DNA from: Candidatus Jordarchaeia archaeon
Lineage (GTDB): Archaea; Asgardarchaeota; Jordiarchaeia; Jordiarchaeales; Jordiarchaeaceae
Assembly (NCBI GenBank): GCA_029856435.1
Contig: JAHQXB010000095.1
Span: 1-19,925 of the forward strand
Length of the DNA stretch: 19,925 bases
Direction: 5' to 3'
The notes below the pieces were generated by a model that searched no databases, was not told where the DNA came from, and saw only the letters and a program-made list of their open reading frames with translations. The translations under genes and the position numbers were made by a program. Below, piece by piece: positions 1-6,686 of the stretch (positions are counted from its first letter, which is position 1; every line of letters begins with the position of its first letter).

Positions 1-76
1 GAAGCAAAGAAGTAACTAATAGATAGAAATTCTAGTTAGTAACAGTACTAACTGCACAATGCGCATATTCAAGAGA

Positions 77-338
77 TTATGGACTGTTTTCGGGAAGTTC
101 TCCAACGTCAAAATTACTATTTTTAATTTTGCACTCTTGCGAATCTTCATCATTTGTAGCTAAGATTTTTATTTTGATTTTTTGTAATTTTTGCGGGCTT
201 CCATTGTTAAGTGTGAATCTAATAGTTTTTCTCTCTAGCCCATCTGAAAAATTTGAGGAGCTCGGGAAAGAATTCATCGGCTTTGAGATGGCTAATTATA
301 ACGCTTGTATCGAGTGAAACTCTAATCCTCTTCTTCAG
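77..338 (-). pseudogene. vapC: VapC/PIN-domain toxin remnant (premature stop, frame change, internal deletion)
   Basis: Minus strand 338-219 reads LKKRIRVSLDTSVIISHLKADEFFPELLKFFRWAREKNY*, matching the PIN N-terminal motif. A second frame ending at 77 contains KIKILATNDEDS, resembling the PIN C-terminal TxDxxF motif. The central PIN helices and a canonical start are missing. It lies directly downstream of an AbrB-type antitoxin remnant. Confidence 0.65.
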
Positions 339-369
339 TTTTACCTTTAAGCCATTGGATAACCTCTAC

Positions 370-593
370 TTATTTTTTCATTTTTCCAAAGATGGAGTGA
401 TTGTTCCAAACCCCTGCGGTTTCCACAATGACTTTCTCCCACTCTCCGCCAACCTTCCCTATAACTATTTTGCCATCTACATATCGGGCATCACAATATC
501 TCCTATGTTTAGCCCTACTTCCTCCCTAACCTCTTGAGAAATTGTTACCTGAAAGCGACACGTGACCTTTACAAACAGGATACCCGCACCCAT
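370..593 (-). pseudogene. vapB: AbrB/MazE/SpoVT-type antitoxin (VapB), frameshifted
   Basis: ATG at 593 gives MGAGILFVKVTCRFQVTISQEVREEVGLNIGDIVMPDM* (stop 477-479), matching the AbrB pattern QVTIPxEVRExLGLxxGD. It continues in another frame as VDGKIVIGKVGGEWEKVIVETAGVWNNHSIFGKMKK* (stop 370-372). Confidence 0.75.
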
Positions 594-695
594 TCCTATT
601 AGGTTGGTAGGACTATTTAAAAATGTCGAAGTGGGTTAAAGGAGGATAGTTTTTGGGGGAATGTGTTTAAAGGAGGAAGGAGTTAATCGTTGTGG

Positions 696-1763
696 TTATG
701 GGAGAATTGCTTTTGCTTGCATTATTGCTGCTATGAAGTCTGTGGGGTTTACTCCAGGTGTAACTACATTTTGTTTATAGAATTGTTCAACTATTTGCTT
801 TATGGTTTGATAGTTGTATGGCGCGTCTTTAAGCATTTTTTCAAGTTGTTTTAGGGCTTGTGGGGGGTTTATGAAGAAGTCCCCGCTTATGTTTATTTCC
901 TTTATGTTGTTGTTGGATATGTTTAGGGAAACGCGTATTAGTCCTCCGGGTGCCTTGTATGCGGTTTCGTGTTCAAACTCGAGGCTGCTTCCAAAAATCC
1001 ATTCTGGGGAGCTGTACTTTTTTTGGAGTTCCCGGGCCATTTCTAGTTCTTCCGGTGTGAGCTTAGAGTCTTGGAACTCCACACCGAGAGCTTCTTGGTA
1101 TCCTTTGCGCAACGCGTTTTTCACAATACTCACGGGGATTGTTGTCCCCAGCTCCCTTCTTATTGTTGTCACTCTATCTCTGACTGAGGAGGCATTCTTG
1201 TCCCTGAGTTTTTCGGTGGGCACTGTCAGAGCATTTTCCAAATTTTCAAAGTTAAGATCCATAAGGAGGGTTCCGTGATGGATGAGAACATTGTAGAGTT
1301 GGTGCTGGGCGTTTCCAGAAATTTTTCTCTTACCTATAACAATATCATTTACGGGTTTAAACTCTGCCTCCAGTCCCAATAGTTTAAGGGCGATGATTAA
1401 ACCCCTACAGAGATACGAGTATGACTCTACGGGGTCTTTGAAGGATCTAAACTTGTTAGTGTCTATGTAGAGTGAGTAGTTTAGGTTTCCCGAATCCTGG
1501 TATACCGCCCCGCCTCCTGATAGTCTCCTCACTATTTTTATTCCTTTCTGTTTACAGTAATCTATGTTCACTTCTTTCTCCACCCGCTGGTTGCACCCTA
1601 CGCTTACAATTAGGGGGTGTTGCCACACTCGGAGAGCGTTTGGAGAATTTTTTTCCAGTATGCTTCTGGCCATGGTTTCCTCTATTGCTAAGTTCATGTA
1701 GGGGTCATCTGAACTATAGTCGATGAAGCGCCAGGACTCCTTCAAAGTCACCCCGCCCCCCAT
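696..1763 (-). CDS. lplA: Lipoate-protein ligase A with fused C-terminal LplB-type domain
   Basis: Motifs DPYMNLAIEE, RRLSGGGAVYQDSGNLNYS, NDIVIGKRKISGNAQ (catalytic Lys) and HGTLL are present. The C-terminal KAPGGLIRV...ISGDFF is the small accessory domain. Confidence 0.95.
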   Translation of the reverse strand: MGGGVTLKESWRFIDYSSDDPYMNLAIEETMARSILEKNSPNALRVWQHPLIVSVGCNQRVEKEVNIDYCKQKGIKIVRRLSGGGAVYQDSGNLNYSLYIDTNKFRSFKDPVESYSYLCRGLIIALKLLGLEAEFKPVNDIVIGKRKISGNAQHQLYNVLIHHGTLLMDLNFENLENALTVPTEKLRDKNASSVRDRVTTIRRELGTTIPVSIVKNALRKGYQEALGVEFQDSKLTPEELEMARELQKKYSSPEWIFGSSLEFEHETAYKAPGGLIRVSLNISNNNIKEINISGDFFINPPQALKQLEKMLKDAPYNYQTIKQIVEQFYKQNVVTPGVNPTDFIAAIMQAKAILP

Positions 1764-2824
1764 TATTTTATCCTTTTAATCTCTTCCCTTATAACATCTG
1801 AAAGTTCTTCAGGGGTGGGAACATTTCTTCCATATTTTAGCTCGCCGTTTACTATTACTGCGGGAATCTGGGACTTTTTAGCAGCTTCTATTAACCCGTT
1901 TGTAACAGTAACGCCCGGAGGTAAACCTCTTCCCCTTCTCCATATCCTCAATTCAATTTCTTCTTCGTTCCCAGACATTTTTATTCCCTCTTTCACATTT
2001 TTTTCTATCTGGGAACACATTTTAGTGGGGGGAGAAGCAGTCAAAACCTCTATGAGAAGTTTACCATAAGCTAGAGGTGGAGAAAACTCTAGATTCCATT
2101 TTGGAGACTGATACTTAGTTTTCAAAACCCGTTCAAAAGTGTTTTTCTCTAAATCTGTTAAACTTCCCTCAACAAGGGCGGCCCCAAATTTTTCCCTTAT
2201 CCTATGCGAAGCCTCCCCAATAAATTCTTTAATTTTCTTTTCGCTTGATGAGAGCCGTTTTAAGCTGGATACCTTTTTGGGTAGGATACCCGCAGAGTTG
2301 GCAAAATCCACGTCAATATCTAGGTAAACGACGCCCTGAAAAACTAGTACGTCATAGTACCAAAACTGTGAAACCTGAGAAATTACCACATCATCTACGA
2401 ATAGGTAAGAAGTATTATCAAAGGCACATTTTAACCCAAAATTTTCTATTGTTTCAATTAGGGGAGAGTAAACCAGCCGGTACAAATCATTTAACTCCCT
2501 TGGAAAAAAGGGGTCACGCGTATCAAGAATAAAGCCAAAGAGCAGTGAGCCTTCATCAGCGTAGAATGTTGGTCCATCAGTAACCCTCCTAATAATACTG
2601 ACGTTTTTCCCTTCCAAGAAACCCATCTGGTCTCGGTTCAACCGCAGGTTTCCCAAAACTATGGAGGGAGGACTCCTCCAAAAATGTACTGAGTTGGGTG
2701 CATCTCCACCCTTAACGTGGAGCATAATGGTTTCATCTAAAGCCCACCCCCGGCTTGGCTCAACAATGTCCTGGATGAAAAGTCTTAGTTCCCTAATTTT
2801 GGTGGCCTCCCTTAAAGTACACAC
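1763..2824 (-). CDS. Degenerate LplA/LipB-fold paralogue fused to a C-terminal thioredoxin-like domain (real start may be ATT at 2797)
   Basis: Colinear with LplA (WALDETI, PPSIVLG, IIRRVTDGPTFYADEGSL, KYQSPKWNL) but lacks GGG, ND, the catalytic Lys and HGT. The last ~99 aa (LLIEVL...TKMC...IPAVIVNGELKYGRNVPTPEEL) match the MTH895/Thioredoxin_3 pattern. Confidence 0.8.
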   Translation of the reverse strand: MCTLREATKIRELRLFIQDIVEPSRGWALDETIMLHVKGGDAPNSVHFWRSPPSIVLGNLRLNRDQMGFLEGKNVSIIRRVTDGPTFYADEGSLLFGFILDTRDPFFPRELNDLYRLVYSPLIETIENFGLKCAFDNTSYLFVDDVVISQVSQFWYYDVLVFQGVVYLDIDVDFANSAGILPKKVSSLKRLSSSEKKIKEFIGEASHRIREKFGAALVEGSLTDLEKNTFERVLKTKYQSPKWNLEFSPPLAYGKLLIEVLTASPPTKMCSQIEKNVKEGIKMSGNEEEIELRIWRRGRGLPPGVTVTNGLIEAAKKSQIPAVIVNGELKYGRNVPTPEELSDVIREEIKRIK

Positions 2825-3494
2825 ATTTATCCTTTTTACATTCTACATTATTGGAAGAAAAAGGACACTCCTCGAAATTTGAGGGTAATTTGATTTTAAA
2901 TTTTTTTTCTAAAAGGCCTATGGCGCTTTTTATAGAAGCATAAACGCTGGCTTTGCAGCACCTTGGACCCCCTAGCCTTGAAATGGAGAGTAGCGATTCA
3001 CCACTAGCATCCAAACACTCTGACCTCTCAGTATCAGACCTGTAAGTTGCTCCCGTTAGAACACTCATAGCGATTCCAACACCTGCTCCAGCCCCACACA
3101 CACCCCAGGATCCACAAGTACCATAGGGTATCCTTTTCCCCCTCTTAATGGCAATCCTAACCGCTCTGGGTGGCAAATCATAACCTACATTTTTTATGGC
3201 GGTTAACAGCACAGCGGGAACAAGGTAGTGATGAATGGGTGAATGTATGGGTATTGCAGGATGCTTCATTATTAGGTTAGCTAGTTCGTACGGATTTTTT
3301 ATTTCACTCCTCTCACAGGTTTTTAAAACTAGTTCTTCGGGAAGAGCTAACCTACAGTTCTCGCACACAAAGTGATGGTCATCACAAGTATAATCAGCCA
3401 CTGAAACCTCCTTACAGTATATGCACTTCAGCTCCTCAGAAGTTGGGTGAAGAACCTTATTGCAAATATTGCAGTAGAAAACCTCGTTCTCCAA
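2793..3494 (-). CDS. Cys-rich DUF5714-like protein (C_GCAxxG_C_C-related) with N-terminal Cys/His metal-binding region
   Basis: N-terminal CxxC, CxxC, C-x-HHFVCxxC, followed by HSPIHHYLVP, GTCGSWGVCGAGAG, GGPRCCK and a C-terminal CPF...C...C. TTG start. Confidence 0.75.
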   Translation of the reverse strand: MENEVFYCNICNKVLHPTSEELKCIYCKEVSVADYTCDDHHFVCENCRLALPEELVLKTCERSEIKNPYELANLIMKHPAIPIHSPIHHYLVPAVLLTAIKNVGYDLPPRAVRIAIKRGKRIPYGTCGSWGVCGAGAGVGIAMSVLTGATYRSDTERSECLDASGESLLSISRLGGPRCCKASVYASIKSAIGLLEKKFKIKLPSNFEECPFSSNNVECKKDKCVYFKGGHQN

Positions 3495-3643
3495 AAACAG
3501 CCCTCGACCATTTTGAATAACTTGTTAACTTATCTAGATTACCTTCTTGTTGGTTCATTGATGCAGTTCCACCCTTGAAGCATCCTTGCAAAAGTCGCCG
3601 TCGACAGTTCTTGGAAAAACGTATGAAGGAGGATGGTTTGTGG

Positions 3644-3904
3644 CTATGCTTTTAGAGCATTTTCTATTGCTTTTTCTAGGCTTTCCGGGTTGAAAAATTC
3701 AGGGAACACTTCGCTGCCATTTACCACTAGTCCTTTACTGCCGATTTTGAATTTCCTAGCCTCGTCTGAGAATGAAGGTTTTACGTCAAATTCCACTTGG
3801 TCTCGGTATTTTGTCAGTACTGCAAATACGCGATCCATGAATGCTGAGAATTGGCAGGCGCATGAACCCATGGGGATAAAAATATCTACCTTAACTTTTG
3901 ACAT
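3644..3904 (-). CDS. Small thioredoxin-fold protein with CxC motif
   Basis: 86 aa with a GGAGG SD. Pattern: beta strand VKVDIF, CAC at the helix start, then LVVNG and a C-terminal helix (ESLEKAIENAL), typical of small Trx-like proteins. Confidence 0.7.
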   Translation of the reverse strand: MSKVKVDIFIPMGSCACQFSAFMDRVFAVLTKYRDQVEFDVKPSFSDEARKFKIGSKGLVVNGSEVFPEFFNPESLEKAIENALKA

Positions 3905-4120
3905 GGAATCATTCCTCCTATTTTCTGTTTTTGTTCTGGTTTATTCACTTTTTTCACTTTTGGTCTAAACTTGTGTTTTTGGTTTGACGCCCATTAACAT
4001 AGTTTTCCTTTGTATGATATTAGTGGCGGCACCTTTTAAATATATCGACTTATAACAATATATCAATAATTTCACAGCACACCACAAAAGTGGAGAAAGG
4101 AGCAAAACTGATAAAGAAAT

Positions 4121-4483
4121 TTAGAAAATGATTACGGCTTCGCCATGTTTTAGAATTATTTTTACCAATTCGTCTTCTTCAATGGGAGTGATACCTTTTA
4201 TTATTCTTGTTTCAGGTATTTTTCTCTCCGCGAGAGATTTTTTGTGAACATACAACTCGGACTCTGGGAGAAGGGTATAGATCAAATCTTCCACACTAGG
4301 CATAGATATTTTTTCGGGGCTTTGATTTGAAATCGTAGCATATACTCCATCGCCCATAAATAGTAAAATGCATCTCAACCCACTGTTAAGGCAAGCGACA
4401 GCCACATATAGTCCACTAAAACAGTCTTCAAAGCCATAGGGCGCTTTCGTGATTATTAGCAGTACCGTGTTAATTTTAACCAC
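4121..4483 (-). CDS. dsrF: DsrF/TusC-family sulfur relay subunit (start possibly ATT at 4474)
   Basis: LLIITKAPYG, LLFMGDGVY, LYVHKKSLAER and a terminal VIIF. Adjacent to dsrE and dsrH homologues. Confidence 0.8.
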   Translation of the reverse strand: MVKINTVLLIITKAPYGFEDCFSGLYVAVACLNSGLRCILLFMGDGVYATISNQSPEKISMPSVEDLIYTLLPESELYVHKKSLAERKIPETRIIKGITPIEEDELVKIILKHGEAVIIF

Positions 4484-4488
4484 CTTCT

Positions 4489-4869
4489 CTAAAGGGCCAA
4501 CACCCTATCGCTGTTTTTGAGCCAGTGACCCAAGTCACGCAGATTAGCTATGTGAACCCCACTAACATATTGGCTGGTGGGATAAATTCCATCATTTTCC
4601 TCCCCCTCAACATAACCCCTAGCTCCCGCACACCGCGAGCAGGATTTTATTTTCGCTCCCTTCTGAGCTAGTTCACTGAGTTTTTCACCAACATTAGGAA
4701 AATATTTTGGGCTTTGCCCCTTCTTAGCAGAGTGAACCGACTCCATATAAAGAAAAATGTTAACATTGTAACCCTTTTCTAGAGCCTTCGCAGCTATTAA
4801 GAGACCAATATCCACTCTTTGAGAAGCATAAGGACCATGATATAGAACTAAGGTCAATGTCTTACTCAT
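4489..4869 (-). CDS. dsrE: DsrE/TusD-family sulfurtransferase subunit with CxxC
   Basis: GPYASQ, IFLYMESV, KSCSRCAGARG (persulfide-Cys position) and SDRVLAL. ATG at 4869 lies 6 nt after a GGTG SD. Confidence 0.9.
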   Translation of the reverse strand: MSKTLTLVLYHGPYASQRVDIGLLIAAKALEKGYNVNIFLYMESVHSAKKGQSPKYFPNVGEKLSELAQKGAKIKSCSRCAGARGYVEGEENDGIYPTSQYVSGVHIANLRDLGHWLKNSDRVLAL

Positions 4870-4878
4870 CACAATCAC

Positions 4879-5202
4879 CTAGAAGCATAGAATTCTATCC
4901 GCACTCTCCATAATATCAACTATCATCTTACCAATCAAATCATATTGACACCTCAACCTCTTTGAAAGTAAATCCTCCTGAACGCCCCGCGCCTCCAAAT
5001 CCTCCTTACTCGCAAAAACTTGAATACGCTCAGAATCAATAGTTTCCAGAGTCATTCCTCTCATCCCACAGTATACTCCATCACCAATCAAGTATACTGT
5101 AACATTAGCATCAGTTCTAATAATTTCATTTATTATGTCGAATGCTTTCGCTACCCGCTCCGAAAGTGGGGGATCAATTATGATAGAAACAACTTTCAAC
5201 AA
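4879..5202 (-). CDS. dsrH: DsrH/TusB-family sulfur relay subunit
   Basis: YLIGDGVY, FASKEDLEARGV and a terminal ADRILCF. TTG start chosen after the GGTGG SD; the ORF track starts at 5220. Confidence 0.8.
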   Translation of the reverse strand: MLKVVSIIIDPPLSERVAKAFDIINEIIRTDANVTVYLIGDGVYCGMRGMTLETIDSERIQVFASKEDLEARGVQEDLLSKRLRCQYDLIGKMIVDIMESADRILCF

Positions 5203-5357
5203 GACACTACCACCACACACTTAACTGTTCAATTTCTTTTATCCTTATTCCAACAAATCTAAAAATATCTAAGCTAACTTGCTTTATGCTCCTCTTTTTC
5301 TGACTTTAAGGTCACCTATATTAGTAAACATTCAACTTTTAAGTTTGATATGTATGT

Positions 5358-5373
5358 AAATATTATAATATTT
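5358..5373. promoter_or_regulatory. Perfect 16-bp palindrome AAATATTATAATATTT next to a TATA-like TTTATAAAAA; candidate ArsR operator in the divergent dsrH/arsR promoter
   Basis: The palindrome is read directly, with the TATA-like element at 5381-5390. It is AT-only in an AT-rich region, so chance occurrence is possible. Confidence 0.35.
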
Positions 5374-5537
5374 CGATAAGTTTATAAAAATTTTAGATTC
5401 TAAATAGTATAGAGAACACGAATTAGAAAAACACACACCATCTCAGAGCATACACAACACGCTCAAGTGTCAATTTCTGTAGGTAATACATTACTTAGGA
5501 TTAATGGTTAATCTACTCGGAATTTGGAGGTACTTTT

Positions 5538-5867
5538 TTGGAAGTTAGGAATCTAGTTATGAAAAAAAATGTTGAATTTTTAAAAGCCCTAGCAGATGAA
5601 ACAAGATTGAAAATTCTTCAGTTTTTAGGTGATAAGGAGATGTGCCAGTGTGACATTATACCTGCCATGGATAAATCGCAGTCCACGATTTCCCAGCACC
5701 TTCAAATTTTAACAAACGCGGGAGTCCTTGAGTATCGCAAAGAGGGTCAAAGAAGCCTTTACAAGTTGAAGGATGAAAGAATACGCAAAATAATCGAGTT
5801 AGTCAGCAGCATATCGAGTGATTCCCTTTTAGAAATATCTAAACTCGCAAAATCAATAGGAAGATAG
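5538..5867 (+). CDS. arsR: ArsR/SmtB-family transcriptional repressor with CxC (alpha3-type) metalloid site
   Basis: FLKALADETRLKIL, EMCQCDI (cf. ELCVCDL of As(III)-sensing ArsR), SQSTISQHLQILTNAGVL and RKEGQRSLYKL. Confidence 0.92.
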   Translation: MEVRNLVMKKNVEFLKALADETRLKILQFLGDKEMCQCDIIPAMDKSQSTISQHLQILTNAGVLEYRKEGQRSLYKLKDERIRKIIELVSSISSDSLLEISKLAKSIGR

Positions 5868-5983
5868 AACTAAAAAAAATCGAATTAACAAAAAATTTTT
5901 TAAAAAAAGAATATAAGATTTAGAGATACAAGTGGATTCTTAATTGCCCGATATTGATTATAGTAGTGTCTTTTTTATTGTTT

Positions 5984-6403
5984 TCAGAAGTCTTCTAACC
6001 AGGTACCGAATGAGTTATCGTGGTCCTCTTCGTCTGCAAGTATGCTCATGAATAGTTTTTTGGTGGTGTAGTCTTTTTCTTTCTCTGCCATTTCTATGAT
6101 TTTTCGGTACATTTGAATCGCTTCTTCTTCGGCTTTCTTATCTAGCTCTATCATTTCTTTTAGTTTTTTACCCACTGTGATGGGTGAGGGCTGGGTTGTT
6201 GGTTCACCGCCAAGATAGTCAAGTCTCTCCGCAATGGCTTCGGCGTGTTTCATTTCTTGGATGGCTATCTTTTTTAATTCATCAACTATTGCTACACTCT
6301 TTGTTCCCACTGCCCTTACATGCTGCCACATATATTGGATGGATACCTGTAATTCTCGGGCTATGGCCTTGTTTAACCATTCTTTTAGTTCCTCGCTCAC
6401 CAA
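5984..6403 (-). CDS. bfr: Short bacterioferritin-like ferritin-superfamily protein (~139 aa)
   Basis: RELQVSIQY, IQEMKHAEAIAERLDYLGG (heme-ligand Met position retained), AEEEAI and DEEDH ferroxidase ligands. TTG at 6403 lies 6 nt after a GGAGGTG SD. Confidence 0.85.
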   Translation of the reverse strand: MVSEELKEWLNKAIARELQVSIQYMWQHVRAVGTKSVAIVDELKKIAIQEMKHAEAIAERLDYLGGEPTTQPSPITVGKKLKEMIELDKKAEEEAIQMYRKIIEMAEKEKDYTTKKLFMSILADEEDHDNSFGTWLEDF

Positions 6404-6520
6404 TTTTTTCACCTCCACTCAGAAACAAAATTTTTTAGGGTAAATGTAGGCAGCGGATATTATAAGATTAACTAGAAGGAGTTTTATATTTTGTTAGTTA
6501 GTAACATATATAAATAATTA

Positions 6521-6550
6521 ATTGATATTCAATATTGACTGATACTCAAT
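6521..6550. promoter_or_regulatory. Tandem ATTGA-N3-TCAAT inverted repeats downstream of a TATA box; candidate operator
   Basis: ATTGA-TAT-TCAAT at 6521-6533 and ACTGA-TAC-TCAAT at 6538-6550, 17 bp apart, just 3' of TATATAAATA. Confidence 0.4.
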
Positions 6551-6569
6551 TTACATAGGAGGAATCGCA

Positions 6570-6686
6570 ATGACTAAAGTAGGAGAAGTCTACTACTGCA
6601 CAATTTGCGGAAACAAAGTACAGGTACTACAAGCAGGAAGAGGCACACTCGTATGCTGCGGACAACAAATGGTCCTTCAAAAATAG
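6570..6686 (+). CDS. Stand-alone desulforedoxin (Fe-Cys4 domain), 38 aa, not in the ORF track
   Basis: Manual translation gives MTKVGEVYYCTICGNKVQVLQAGRGTLVCCGQQMVLQK*, with the CxxC...CCG motif and a GGAGG SD. Confidence 0.92.
   Translation: MTKVGEVYYCTICGNKVQVLQAGRGTLVCCGQQMVLQK

Noticed and set aside
1763-5202. Selenocysteine or pyrrolysine recoding in the redox genes, with a SECIS in 3495-3643
   Set aside because: All redox motifs use Cys codons, no in-frame TGA interrupts a recognisable protein, and read-through past the trx TAG gives no sensible extension.
6497-6505. GTT-N3-AAC SurR-like box (also at 35-43)
   Set aside because: Six informative bases are expected by chance in a 20-kb AT-rich window, and there is no SurR-like regulator here.
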